Below are positions 18,984-28,975 of a stretch of DNA of 64,000 nucleotides, piece after piece (within the stretch, counting starts at the first letter, position 1; each line of letters begins with the position of its first letter). The notes beneath the pieces were generated by a model. The model did not search any database, was not told the DNA's origin, and was given only the letters and a program-made list of their open reading frames with translations. Both the position numbers and the translations under genes were made by a program. The DNA lies in NCBI GenBank assembly GCA_963735595.1, contig CAVTLK010000001.1:384001-448000 (forward strand), given 5' to 3'. The DNA is from an uncultured delta proteobacterium (GTDB lineage: Bacteria > Desulfobacterota > Zymogenia > Zymogenales > Zymogenaceae).

Positions 18984-19021
18984 AACATCGTTATGCTACA
19001 AAACAGCGTTACATAAGTCAA
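18984..19021 (-). promoter_or_regulatory. Sigma70 promoter of tetR overlapped by two AAC-N3-GTT boxes (candidate operator)
   Basis: Minus strand TTGACT(19021-19016)-N17-TAGCAT(18998-18993); AACATCGTTA at 18984-18993 and AACAGCGTTA at 19002-19011. Confidence 0.55.
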
Positions 19022-19199
19022 GGTTTTTTTATTGGTCAATCCCGCTATTCTTCCCAAATCACGGAAATCACTCCTCATAAAAACCTACACGCGCTCAAGG
19101 AGTCCGTTCCGCATCGATGCATCTCTGATACTATCTGCTATTACCCGATTGTCACGCACCCGGGATTTCTCGGAAAAATAATGCCCTGGCATTTTAAGT

Positions 19200-19439
19200 C
19201 TATCCGCCGATAATTGGCGGGAGGATCGTGACGGTGTCCCCATTTTTGAGGGGCCTGTCTCTCGTAACCCGCTCGGAGCCGACAAAGAGCAGATATTCAC
19301 GGTCAGACGGCACGCCGAGAGCAGTGAGGGCTTGGCCGAGAACTGCGCCGTCAGCCACGGTGAGGGTAAACGGCTCCCTGTAGTCTTTTCCGGGCGCGTA
19401 GGCTTTCAGCACGTAATGGAGCTTTATCATGATTTCCAT
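19200..19439 (-). CDS. MoaD/ThiS-family sulfur carrier
   Basis: Ends LKNGDTVTILPPIIGG; start placed at ATG 19439. Confidence 0.85.
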   Translation of the reverse strand: MEIMIKLHYVLKAYAPGKDYREPFTLTVADGAVLGQALTALGVPSDREYLLFVGSERVTRDRPLKNGDTVTILPPIIGG

Positions 19440-19545
19440 CACTACCCAACTACTTATCGCTATCGATCGACCCTGCCCCGTATATGGAATCCGTCCTCTG
19501 GAAACGATACACAATGACCGTTCGCCGGATAGGCGGGGAAAGCAT

Positions 19546-20163
19546 TCATTCTTCAAATATGATGGAGGTATCTCCCTTGCCTTCCCTTATTACCGTTGGG
19601 GTATCGCCGGATAGATCAATAATGGTAGAGTGATGCGCGGCAATCCTTCCCCCATCGACTACCAGGTCTACTGATCGCCCCAGTCTCTCAGCGATCTCTT
19701 CAGCATCGTTGAACAGCTCATTTTCGGCATTCTTGACACTTGTAGTAATGATTGGGTTACCGAGGAGTTGAACCATCATGATGCAAATATTGTTATCAGG
19801 AATTCGTATTCCGACCGTCTTATGTCGTGTGAGCATGATCTTCGGAACATTACGGGAGGCCTCGAGGACAAACGTGTATGGTCCCGGGATCAGTCGCTTC
19901 ATGATATTGAACGCCTGGTTGCTCACCTGGGCATACGTGCTGATATCGGTAAGGTTTGGGCAGAGAAAGCTGAGTGGTTTGTTCGGGTCTTTACCCTTGA
20001 TTTTATAGAGCCGTTCGATGGCTCCTTTCTGGAGGATATCGCACCCGATACCGTAAATCGTATCGGTCGGATAGGCAATAACATCGCCCTTCCGAAGTCT
20101 CTCGACGACAAGCCGGATAAGCCGTTGCTCGGGATTGACTGGATTGATCTTCTGGATCTGCAT
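19546..20163 (-). CDS. YrdC/Sua5-family threonylcarbamoyl-AMP synthase (TsaC/YciO-like)
   Basis: YPTDTIYGIGC, KPLS, PGPYTF, TVGIRIP, STIIDL. Confidence 0.9.
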   Translation of the reverse strand: MQIQKINPVNPEQRLIRLVVERLRKGDVIAYPTDTIYGIGCDILQKGAIERLYKIKGKDPNKPLSFLCPNLTDISTYAQVSNQAFNIMKRLIPGPYTFVLEASRNVPKIMLTRHKTVGIRIPDNNICIMMVQLLGNPIITTSVKNAENELFNDAEEIAERLGRSVDLVVDGGRIAAHHSTIIDLSGDTPTVIREGKGDTSIIFEE

Positions 20164-20332
20164 GTCCCTCCCTCTCCTGTCATTGCACGTGTATCATCTA
20201 TCACACTGCCCCATAAATGTCAACAACGATACCAAGAAACCCGCCCTATATCAGAATTCCGCGCCTCCGTTATCTCCTTGACATAAGCGCCTGTAATCAC
20301 CTATAATTTAGTAATACTACGGTAATAGTTGC

Positions 20333-21001
20333 ATGAGCCTGATAGAAACCCATTGCCCGAAATGTAGGAAAAAGATATTCCTCGATCTCGAAGAGGTTGT
20401 CTCCGACAGCGCCGTTCGCCCGATTAAATGCTCCCAATGCGGCAACGAGTTTATGTTCGGATTCGACTCGGAGGCATATCCGGTTTCCTCCGAAACCTCT
20501 CCCGACATACCCTCTCAGCCAAAAAGCGATTCCCCGGGGCAAGAACAGGGACCTTCGGACCCACAAACCCCAAAGACACGGCTTGTAAAAAAGTTCGTAG
20601 TCAAACGGGTCCCCAAGGCGCGCCCTAAAGCCGATAAACGTGTTCTTATCATCGAGGATTCGGTAATTACCAGGCAGCAGGTGGCCGACCTCTTCCTTGA
20701 TGACGTCCAAACGGTCATAGCCCACGAAAAAGCCGAGGATGGTCTCAGGGAACTCTCGAGGGGCGTACCCGACCTCCTCATCGTTGACCTCGTACTCCCC
20801 CGAATGTCGGGAGATGAATTCATCACTATCGCGAGGAAGCACGTCCCGACAAAAAATATTATAATCTTCACCGCGACTCACGCAACGAACCTGGACATTT
20901 TCGACGAGCGCATGGAGGGGATGAGCCTGGTTTTTAAGGAAGGCCCCGACTCATTTGAGGAACTCAGAGAAAAGGGAATGCAGATATTAGGACTCGAGTG
21001 A
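20333..21001 (+). CDS. Zinc-ribbon plus response-regulator receiver protein
   Basis: CPKC..CSQC, Pro/Ser-rich linker, VLIIEDS..PDLLIVDLVLPRMSG..IIIFT..K. Confidence 0.85.
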   Translation: MSLIETHCPKCRKKIFLDLEEVVSDSAVRPIKCSQCGNEFMFGFDSEAYPVSSETSPDIPSQPKSDSPGQEQGPSDPQTPKTRLVKKFVVKRVPKARPKADKRVLIIEDSVITRQQVADLFLDDVQTVIAHEKAEDGLRELSRGVPDLLIVDLVLPRMSGDEFITIARKHVPTKNIIIFTATHATNLDIFDERMEGMSLVFKEGPDSFEELREKGMQILGLE

Positions 21002-21026
21002 AGACCGTTATCGTGTCTTTGCGGAT

Positions 21027-21057
21027 AAAAAAACCCGGCACAGAGTCCGGGTTTTTT
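21027..21057. terminator. Bidirectional intrinsic terminator
   Basis: A7-CCCGG..CCGGG-T6 between convergent genes. Confidence 0.8.
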
Positions 21058-21073
21058 CGTTTATTTTATCTTT

Positions 21074-21403
21074 CTAGTTGGACGATTTGCGCCGCTTAAG
21101 AACCGCGCCTACCCCCCAGCCTAACCCGAAGAGCACGAGCGTTCCGACGAGACTTGCCGCCATGCCGGAGATCGGCCTCTCTCCCAGTAAGGGAATCGTA
21201 TAATCGGGCATGAGCGAATGTCCCCAGGCAAGAACTTCACCGAGGTGCAGAAAACCGAGCTTTTCCGCAGCCTTCTCCAGCCCGTCGGGGCTCGATGAAG
21301 CAAAGGGCGACAGAAAAAACGCGATCACCAGGCAAATGCCAAGGGCAACGACAATAAACCCCGTATTATTTTTCTTAACCCCCGTAGCGTTCTTTTTACC
21401 CAT
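21074..21403 (-). CDS. PDGLE-domain Ni/Co ECF accessory protein (CbiN/NikN-like)
   Basis: SPFASSSPDGLEK..MPDY, two transmembrane segments; start overlaps the cbiM stop. Confidence 0.88.
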   Translation of the reverse strand: MGKKNATGVKKNNTGFIVVALGICLVIAFFLSPFASSSPDGLEKAAEKLGFLHLGEVLAWGHSLMPDYTIPLLGERPISGMAASLVGTLVLFGLGWGVGAVLKRRKSSN

Positions 21404-22079
21404 TTTCCGCGACCTCCCCTCCGATGAGCCCGGTCTTTCCCCCAGACCACGCATATACCAGATCCGGCCTGGCGTTGAGCATGTACGAGAGAACGGCCGT
21501 TGTCACCACCGCATCCCCCAGCCCGATGAGGACGTGAAACACCGTCATAACCGGAATCACCACCGCAAAGGGGATTGTCCCCGATACGCCGAGCTCTATG
21601 CTGCACACAAACGCGGCCAGGACCACGGCCAGCCATGAAACGCCGAAGGTCACCGCCAAGAATGAGCCTTTCGTTTTGGGAAGAACCTTGACGATCAAGG
21701 CGAAGATCGCGTAGGGAATTATCCCTCCAATGATCCCCATGTTCAGGACGTTGGCCCCGAGGGCGGTAATCCCGCCGTCGGCAAACAGGAGACACTGCAT
21801 AGCCAGCACCAGCGTCATAATCCAGAATCCCACCGACGGTCCCAACAACAGGCAGGCCAGCATCGCCCCCAGGAAATGGCCGCTCGTTCCCCCGCCAATC
21901 GGAAAATTGATCATCTGTGCGGCGAAGATGAAGGCGGCCGATATCCCCGCCAGGGGGACAAACCGGTCAGCGAATCGACGCTTGGCCTGCACGATCGTCG
22001 CGGCGCCGACCGCGGCAGACACCCCATATGTCGCCGCCGCAACCGGCAGAGAAAGAAATCCATCAGGTATGTGCATCAT
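21396..22079 (-). CDS. cbiM: Ni/Co ECF S-component CbiM/NikM
   Basis: Diagnostic MHIPDGFL N-terminus; FAAQMINFP.GGTSGH, FADGGITALGAN. Confidence 0.93.
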   Translation of the reverse strand: MMHIPDGFLSLPVAAATYGVSAAVGAATIVQAKRRFADRFVPLAGISAAFIFAAQMINFPIGGGTSGHFLGAMLACLLLGPSVGFWIMTLVLAMQCLLFADGGITALGANVLNMGIIGGIIPYAIFALIVKVLPKTKGSFLAVTFGVSWLAVVLAAFVCSIELGVSGTIPFAVVIPVMTVFHVLIGLGDAVVTTAVLSYMLNARPDLVYAWSGGKTGLIGGEVAENG

Positions 22080-22087
22080 TGCCCTCC

Positions 22088-22513
22088 TTAAGGTAAATCT
22101 TTTCCGGTAGTGGTCAGTATCATTTTGCCGTGCCTGACGCCGCGCGTACTGATAAGTTTATTACCAAGATCGAGGATGGACCCGGCCGGGCCCCTGAGGA
22201 CGAGAATTTCGAGGCAGTTATGCCGGTCGAGATGGATATGCAGGGCCGAGTGGACTACCCCGTGCCGTTCGTGCTGTAGTTCCGTAAGCTTCGAAGGTAA
22301 ATCCGACTCGTGATGGTCATACACGATGGACACGACGGCCATCCGCTCTTCATCCCGGTCGGGCGCCTCCCATTCCTGGCCGACCAGGGTATCCCTTATC
22401 AGGTCACGGATTGCCTCCGACCGGTTTTCATACCCTTTCCCGGAAAGATAGGTGTCGAACAGCTCGAGGAGCTGCCGGTCAAGCGAAACACCGAAACGAA
22501 TCAGATCGCTCAT
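22088..22513 (-). CDS. nikR: Nickel-responsive regulator NikR
   Basis: RFGVSL..NRSEAIRDLIR (ribbon-helix-helix); YDHH, QH, HIHLD..NCLE. Confidence 0.95.
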   Translation of the reverse strand: MSDLIRFGVSLDRQLLELFDTYLSGKGYENRSEAIRDLIRDTLVGQEWEAPDRDEERMAVVSIVYDHHESDLPSKLTELQHERHGVVHSALHIHLDRHNCLEILVLRGPAGSILDLGNKLISTRGVRHGKMILTTTGKDLP

Positions 22514-22526
22514 AGTACCCTCAATC

Positions 22527-22553
22527 GTGTTACTAATTTTGCTTTCGTGTTAC
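22527..22553. promoter_or_regulatory. Candidate NikR operator
   Basis: GTGTTAC-N13-GTGTTAC 13 bp upstream of the nikR start codon. Confidence 0.75.
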
Positions 22554-22655
22554 CATTGTAGCGCCATGCATATTTTTGTCAAGATAATTTTTGTGGCTCA
22601 AATTCCGTTGTGTTATTCCACCATTTCGTCTACAATCTTTTAGTAGGATATTAGA

Positions 22656-23621
22656 ATGAAAGAACTACTGCGTATAGAGGATCTCAGGACCTATTTCTTC
22701 ACCGAGCAGGGCGTCGTCAAAGCAGTCGATGGTGTTGATCTTTCGGTCAACACCTCACAGACGATCGGACTTGTTGGGGAGAGCGGGTGCGGCAAGAGCA
22801 TGACGGCCCTCTCTATCCTCGGCCTGGTCCCCTCCCCCCCGGGAAAGATCGTATCCGGCAAGATTCTCTTCGAGGGAACCGACCTTGTGACCCTCGGCGA
22901 GGCCGAAGTTCTGAGAATCCGGGGAAATCGAATCTCCATGGTATTCCAGGAACCGATGACTTCCCTTAATCCCGTTTTTACCGTCGGAGAACAGATTGCC
23001 GAGGTCTTTTGCTATCATACCGACCTGCCAAAGCGCGAACGTCATCTGCGGGCGGTCGATATCCTTAAGCAGGTGGGAATTCCTTCCCCCGAACGGAGGT
23101 TTTTTGACTACCCTCACCAGCTATCCGGAGGGATGCGGCAGCGTGTCATGATTGCCATGGCGCTTGCCCTATCCCCCACGCTGCTGATAGCCGATGAGCC
23201 GACAACCGCACTTGACGTTACGATTCAGGCGCAAATACTGGAGCTGATCGACGCCCTGAAAAAAGAACATACGATGTCGATGGTTCTGATTACACACGAC
23301 CTGGGCGTCGTATCCGAGGTGGCCGAGCAGCTCTTCGTTATGTACGCGGGAACCATCGTTGAGGCCGGTCCCGTAAAATACATATTCGACACACCGCTTC
23401 ATCCCTATACCCAGGGACTCCTCAAGGCTTTGCCCGCCCTTGGGTCGGGAGGCAAGGCCCTCTATACCATACCGGGAAACGTCCCGAGGCTCTCGGAAAT
23501 ACCAGCCGGATGCAGGTTTTCGCCGCGCTGCCCGTACGTCTTCGACATCTGTAAACGGGAAGAACCGCCGATGTTTCGGCAGGATGCCGCCGGCCTGGTA
23601 AAGTGCTGGCTTTTCAGGTAG
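22656..23621 (+). CDS. Peptide/nickel ABC transporter ATPase (OppD/DppD)
   Basis: [38 protein letters not shown]. Confidence 0.93.
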   Translation: MKELLRIEDLRTYFFTEQGVVKAVDGVDLSVNTSQTIGLVGESGCGKSMTALSILGLVPSPPGKIVSGKILFEGTDLVTLGEAEVLRIRGNRISMVFQEPMTSLNPVFTVGEQIAEVFCYHTDLPKRERHLRAVDILKQVGIPSPERRFFDYPHQLSGGMRQRVMIAMALALSPTLLIADEPTTALDVTIQAQILELIDALKKEHTMSMVLITHDLGVVSEVAEQLFVMYAGTIVEAGPVKYIFDTPLHPYTQGLLKALPALGSGGKALYTIPGNVPRLSEIPAGCRFSPRCPYVFDICKREEPPMFRQDAAGLVKCWLFR

Positions 23622-23627
23622 GACGCA

Positions 23628-24591
23628 ATGGAACCGTTGATCGAGCTTATTGCCGTTCGGAAATACTATCCGGTCAGCCGCGGATTCTTTAAACGCAAGG
23701 ATCTCACCGTAAAAGCGGTAGACGATGTCGACATGGTTATCTATCGGGGTGAGACGCTCGGTATCGTGGGCGAGAGCGGGTGCGGCAAGAGCACCCTCGG
23801 GAGGCTGATCCTCCGGCTTGAGGAACCGACCCGGGGGAAAATTATATATGCGGGTCAGGACATGGCCTCGTTTTCACCGGGACGGCTGCGGAGGCTTCGC
23901 GCCAGGCTCTCGATAATCTTTCAAGACCCCTACGCCTCACTGAATCCGAGAAAAAGCGTCTATTCAATAATCGCCGAGGGAATGACGAATCCATCGGCTT
24001 TCCGACCGTTCGGGATTGCGCCGGCGTGCCGCCGATCTCCTTGAGCAGGTCGGTATGTCCGAGGACGACCTTGACCGCTACCCGCACGAGTTTTCCGGCG
24101 GTCAGCGACAGAGAATCGGGATTGCCCGCGCCCTGGCGCTCTCGCCGGAGCTGATCATCGCCGATGAGCCGGTATCGTCGCTCGATGTCTCTATTCAGGC
24201 GCAGATCATTAACATTCTGATGTCCCTCAAGGAGCGCTTCGGCCTTACCTATGTGTTTATATCTCACGACCTTTCAGTGGTTCGGTATATGAGCGACCGA
24301 GTGGGGGTGATGTATCTCGGAAAGATCATGGAGCTTTCCGGCAAGGATGAGCTGTACGAAAAGCCCCTCCATCCCTATACCGCCGCCCTCCTTTCCGCGG
24401 TTCCCACAATACGTGGAAACGGCCGTAAGCGGCGCATTATCCTCCGGGGCGACATCCCCAGCCCTATCTTCGTGCCGACCGGATGCCGATTTCATACCCG
24501 ATGCCCGGAGGCCCAGGGTATATGCTCACAAGAAACGCCGCTCCTTTTAGATAAGGGCGGCGGAAGGTTCTGCGCATGTCATTTCAGGTAA
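23628..24591 (+). CDS. Peptide/nickel ABC transporter ATPase (OppF/DppF); frameshift(s) near 23990-24030
   Basis: GESGCGKST and [11 protein letters not shown] in the first frame; [25 protein letters not shown] in the second. Confidence 0.88.
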
Positions 24592-24639
24592 GTTGTAGCC
24601 CGACAGGACCACGGTAGGGTCGGCATCGGGCGCTTATCG

Positions 24640-25485
24640 CTATTTCAAGAGACGCGGGCCGATCCATTTCTCGATATCCTTGTAGACGGCAACGCGCTCT
24701 AACTCGTTCAATATCTCGTGGTACATCCCCGAATAAATAGAAAGCTTCTTATCGGTTGAAGCGATGGCGTCAAAAAACCGCTTGCTCCCGTCAGGCGAAA
24801 CCACCTGATCCGCGCCAGCATGCATGATGAGGAACGGGAGAGTCACCGTTTCGGCCTTATGGAAGGCCACCTTCATCGCGGATGAGCACTCGGTGAAAAA
24901 CCGCGCCGTGACCTTGTTGTGGACGAGATCGTCTTCCATATACTTCTTGACAACATCCTTGTCGTGCGAAAGGTTAACCGGATCGATCTCATTGGTCAGG
25001 GAAAACCGCGGAAGATACCTGGATAGCTTATCCCCGACGTAGGCCATGAACGGGGATACAGTATGCCTCAGTTTGAGCGCGGCCGACGAGATAATAGCGC
25101 CGGCGAATAGGTCGGGATGCTCCTCTATATACCTTACGATGATGAGCCCCCCCAGCCCGTGGCCCATAATAAAAAACCGTTTATCGCCTTCACGCTTACG
25201 GACTATATTGACGAAGGTCGATAGGTCATCGAGGTAATCGGAGAAGGAGTCTATGTGTCCCCTCTTACCCGTGGATCTCCCATGACCTCTATGATCAAGA
25301 CCATAAAACGCGACTTTTCTATCTACGAAATACTCAATGGGAAAGAGATATCTGCCGCTGTGCTCACCCATGCTGTGGACATATATAACGACGTTATTAT
25401 ACGCCTTGGGCTTGAAAAACTGAAAAAAGATCTTCTCTCCTCCTATCCCTTCGAAGCTTCCCTCATCGTGAATATACTGCGACAT
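24640..25485 (-). CDS. Monoglyceride lipase/lysophospholipase-family alpha/beta hydrolase (nucleophile Ser replaced by Gly)
   Basis: GEHSGRY, DHRGHGRS, DQVV, YHEILNE; elbow reads GHGLGG. Confidence 0.85.
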   Translation of the reverse strand: MSQYIHDEGSFEGIGGEKIFFQFFKPKAYNNVVIYVHSMGEHSGRYLFPIEYFVDRKVAFYGLDHRGHGRSTGKRGHIDSFSDYLDDLSTFVNIVRKREGDKRFFIMGHGLGGLIIVRYIEEHPDLFAGAIISSAALKLRHTVSPFMAYVGDKLSRYLPRFSLTNEIDPVNLSHDKDVVKKYMEDDLVHNKVTARFFTECSSAMKVAFHKAETVTLPFLIMHAGADQVVSPDGSKRFFDAIASTDKKLSIYSGMYHEILNELERVAVYKDIEKWIGPRLLK

Positions 25486-25637
25486 GAGACCTCCATAACA
25501 CCCTCCGAAGACCCTGTCTTCGCGGGGGCCCCGACAAAAACCAAGAAACCAAAACCGTCATGGGTAACCGTATTACCCTTTTCTTTCGAATAGATCCATT
25601 CCCCGGTAACCACGCCGATGGTGCGTGCTATAGCGCC

Positions 25638-26561
25638 TTACAGAAAATCCATCTTTACCGGAACCGGAATGAAGGTAACGATAAATAGCAGGAAACAAAA
25701 CCATCCGATAACCCTGCGCCTGCGGTCAAGCCCAACGTCATCGTCGGAGACCGGCGGATGATCGACTCCGATAATAAGCACCAGCGCGGCCCAGACAAGC
25801 CATCCCGCATAGTAGACGATCCCCAGCACAACTAACACTCCGACGAATACCCTTGAAACGATGCGCTGTCTCCGGCCGAATAGGGCGTAGGCAATGTGCC
25901 CGCCGTCAAGCTGACCCATCGGCATTAGATTGAGGCTCGTCACCAGGAAACCGACCCACCCCGCAAAGGCGATGGGGGACAGCATAATATCATATCCCTC
26001 AGGAATCGTACCGACTATAAGATAAGACAAAAGCTTAAACAGGAGGGAATCGCCGAAAAATAAATACGATTGTTCTCCCGCAGTCACCTGGATCAGTTGG
26101 GATTGATACAGACCCCAGATTACCAGCGGCAAGGCGATTACGATCCCCGCCAGGGGTCCTGCGGCCCCGATATCCAGCAGCATCGTCTTCTTTCGGATTG
26201 CCGAGCGCATTTTGATGACCGCACCCAGCGTGCCGAACAGTGTTGGAGCGGGGATAAAATACGGGAGTGTCACGTCTACCCGATAGCGCCGTGACGTGAT
26301 GAAGTGCCCCATCTCGTGGGCCAGAAGAATCGAAAGGAGCGAACAGGCAAATGGGATTCCGGTTGCGATGAGACGGGGACTATTAATGAGATCCTCATAG
26401 GATACGTAAAAGGAGCTGCCCGCTATCAACGTAGTTATGACGGTCAAGAGAAAGAGTAGAACCGGCACTCGATACGCGGTTTTCTTCGGTTCGTGGGCTA
26501 TGCTCGTTATGCGGCTTTCTTGCCGGTCTTCCGTACCGTTATGGAACGTGTTATCGGTCAA
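25638..26561 (-). CDS. Site-2 protease (M50)
   Basis: HEMGH, AGPLAG, NLMPMGQLDGGH; start uncertain (TTG 26561 chosen). Confidence 0.88.
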   Translation of the reverse strand: MTDNTFHNGTEDRQESRITSIAHEPKKTAYRVPVLLFLLTVITTLIAGSSFYVSYEDLINSPRLIATGIPFACSLLSILLAHEMGHFITSRRYRVDVTLPYFIPAPTLFGTLGAVIKMRSAIRKKTMLLDIGAAGPLAGIVIALPLVIWGLYQSQLIQVTAGEQSYLFFGDSLLFKLLSYLIVGTIPEGYDIMLSPIAFAGWVGFLVTSLNLMPMGQLDGGHIAYALFGRRQRIVSRVFVGVLVVLGIVYYAGWLVWAALVLIIGVDHPPVSDDDVGLDRRRRVIGWFCFLLFIVTFIPVPVKMDFL

Positions 26562-27069
26562 AGTGAATGTTCTTTCCGGTAGCCGACAGGGGGATTCCCA
26601 TTGCAAAATCCCAATCAACGATGCCCATATTTCGGGCGACCGCTCCGATACGATACATAATCCGATTGTCAACGTTCAGTATCGAGGCGGTTTTTACGGC
26701 CGATCCGAGGGCAATCCCCATATCGAGGAGGCGGAACGCACAATGGGGGCCGGCAAATTCCGGCCCCTCTTTCTTTTCAAGCAACGTACACGTTTCATAG
26801 CCGCACGCGCCGCAGTTCAAAGAGATCGGGGTAGCGTTCTGTAACCCGATCAGCAGCAGTACCGCCGAATTCCTGACGCTCTTGGCATCCCGATCGAAGT
26901 TTGTCTTCCCGGTCTTCTTACCGAATTCCTCCATGGAATCGGCAATTTCCCCGAGCAGGTCGCCTTCGATAATTTTTGTGACAACGAAGTTCTCGCCCCT
27001 CGATTTAGGGGCAGTCACCGCAGAGAGCTCCATGAGCTGGGCGGCAATTCCCAGGGCCTTGTCGCTCAT
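26551..27069 (-). CDS. DUF2148-type Fe-S/ferredoxin-domain protein
   Basis: TAPKSRG, NCGACG..C, GPHC..DMGIALGSA, VDNRIMY, KNIHFDR. Confidence 0.8.
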   Translation of the reverse strand: MSDKALGIAAQLMELSAVTAPKSRGENFVVTKIIEGDLLGEIADSMEEFGKKTGKTNFDRDAKSVRNSAVLLLIGLQNATPISLNCGACGYETCTLLEKKEGPEFAGPHCAFRLLDMGIALGSAVKTASILNVDNRIMYRIGAVARNMGIVDWDFAMGIPLSATGKNIHFDR

Positions 27070-27073
27070 CGTA

Positions 27074-27829
27074 TCACTTCTTCTCCGCGAGAAACTTCTT
27101 AAACGGCTCGAAGATATCTATGGGCACGGGGAAGATCGTGGTGGAGTTATTCTCCGTGGCTATCTCCGCCAGGGTCTGCAGATACCGCAATTGAAGGGCG
27201 ATCGGGTTCTTTCCAAGGACAACCGCCGCCTCGGCAAGCTTAGCGGAGGCCTGGAACTCACCGTCGGCGTTGATGACCTTTGCCCTCCTGATCCGCTCGG
27301 CCTCGGCCTGACGTGCGATGGCCCGCTGCATCTCCTGGGGCAGATCGATGTGCTTGATTTCCACGTGGGAAACCTTCACACCCCACGGATCCGTGTTCTT
27401 GTCGAGGACTTCCTGAATGCGGTTGTTGATCTTTTCCCGCTCGGCCAGCATATCGTCGAGTTCCTCCTGGCCGAGGATGCTCCTCAGCGTCGTCTGGGCG
27501 AGCTGGGAAGTAGCGTACATGTAGTTTTCGACTTCGACGATGGCCCTGTTCGGATCCATAACCCTGAAGTAGACGACGGCGTTTACCTTTACCGAGACAT
27601 TATCCCTCGTAATAACGTCCTGAGGGGGTACGTCCATCGTGATCGTCCTGAGTGAGACCCGAACCATTTTATCGATAACGGGGATCAGGAAGATCAGGCC
27701 CGGACCCTTGACGTCGATAATCCGGCCCAATCTGAAGATAACGCCCCGCTCGTATTCATTGAGCACCCTGATGGCCGAGAAGAGTATGGCCAAAAAGATA
27801 CCAACCAGAATAAGGATACCTACACCCAT
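27074..27829 (-). CDS. SPFH/stomatin (slipin) protein
   Basis: [36 protein letters not shown]. Confidence 0.93.
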   Translation of the reverse strand: MGVGILILVGIFLAILFSAIRVLNEYERGVIFRLGRIIDVKGPGLIFLIPVIDKMVRVSLRTITMDVPPQDVITRDNVSVKVNAVVYFRVMDPNRAIVEVENYMYATSQLAQTTLRSILGQEELDDMLAEREKINNRIQEVLDKNTDPWGVKVSHVEIKHIDLPQEMQRAIARQAEAERIRRAKVINADGEFQASAKLAEAAVVLGKNPIALQLRYLQTLAEIATENNSTTIFPVPIDIFEPFKKFLAEKK

Positions 27830-28003
27830 GAGAGACCTCCTGTTTGATTATACTTTTAGTGATTATAGTATAGGTACTGCTCTCGAGTCAATGAATTTAT
27901 AGAGGGAGGCCGGCAGATGCAGACGAAAAACCATCCGTGAGGTTTTCTTTCATTACCTCGACGAAATCCCTATTCGAGCCGGAAGCCGTCGCTTCATATA
28001 AAC

Positions 28004-28032
28004 AAAAAGGCCGCCGGTCCATACCGGCGGCC
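28004..28032 (-). terminator. Intrinsic terminator after the V4R gene
   Basis: GGCCGCCGGT-CCAT-ACCGGCGGCC with A5 on the left (U-tract on the minus strand). Confidence 0.75.
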
Positions 28033-28049
28033 CGACGATCTTCCCGACT

Positions 28050-28598
28050 CTATTTAATAACCTTCCTCGTTTCTCCCATTGGTGTCAGGAGAAAACGGCA
28101 TACCTGATCCCCCTTGCTGACGCATGTTTCTTCCGTCGACTCATAGGGTATTTCAAAGGCACCTTCCGCAGCGCCCCCGGCCAAACCCGCAGAGAAAAGG
28201 CAGGTAGTGGTCTTGGTCTTGGTATCTCCGTGAATCTCGCGGTGTCCACCCGATTCCCAGGTATTCAGGTATTCAAGAACTATCTTTCCACTGCCCTCAT
28301 CATGCTCGACTTTATGGATCTTTCCCCAGCCAAGGGTGGTGCTGAGATTAACGTGTTGTTTGAACTGCTCAATTCCCCCCTTAAATATCTCGCGCATCCT
28401 CTGGCCGCCCAGCTTCCCGGACGAGTATCCCACCTCGTAAATCTGGCGCTTCGCGACGGGACCCAGGATGGACTCCATTCTGTCCATCATATTAATCAAT
28501 AAGGCATTAGAAAACAGGACCCAGCGTCTGTTCAATCCCCAGATCTCTTCGTCGTCCTTCACCTCAAACATTCCAGAACCGACAACCTTATCAGCCAT
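28050..28598 (-). CDS. Stand-alone V4R (small hydrophobic ligand-binding) domain protein
   Basis: LGWG, C..SAG, EETCVSKGDQVCRF. Confidence 0.8.
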   Translation of the reverse strand: MADKVVGSGMFEVKDDEEIWGLNRRWVLFSNALLINMMDRMESILGPVAKRQIYEVGYSSGKLGGQRMREIFKGGIEQFKQHVNLSTTLGWGKIHKVEHDEGSGKIVLEYLNTWESGGHREIHGDTKTKTTTCLFSAGLAGGAAEGAFEIPYESTEETCVSKGDQVCRFLLTPMGETRKVIK

Positions 28599-28893
28599 GA
28601 CGTCCTCCGATAATGAAAATGATGCGCTAAATATAAGCGGCTGGTTGAATCTAAATATACTATTTTATTTTTTATAGAAGATCAAGAATTATCATGCTGT
28701 ATGTACTATACGATATCTCATCCCGTGGATATGTCCATCGTCTCTGACATCGGCGCCCGTTGTTTCCTCTCCAAATCCCGGTCCCGGTATGTTGCGATGG
28801 CCCTCCCTGGGCAGTGACAACCCGCCTTCGGTCGCGTCCCATGAGTTCCCGGGTGTTTACGGGCCCTGGTCTTGAACGCGCTATTGAAGAAAT

Positions 28894-28934
28894 AAAAAAG
28901 AGACTGCCGTGAATACTTACTCGGCAGTCTCTCT
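28894..28934 (-). terminator. Intrinsic terminator of the CoA-transferase/BKACE operon
   Basis: A6-GAGACTGCCG-loop-CGGCAGTCTC. Confidence 0.75.
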
Positions 28935-28975
28935 TCAACAATCGTTCGGAGTCGAACCCGATAGGGACCGGAACG

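Noticed and set aside
28780..28890. 6S RNA, SRP RNA, tRNA-Sec or c-di-GMP riboswitch in the intergenic region
   Set aside because: The diagnostic motifs and cloverleaf were not found by eye.
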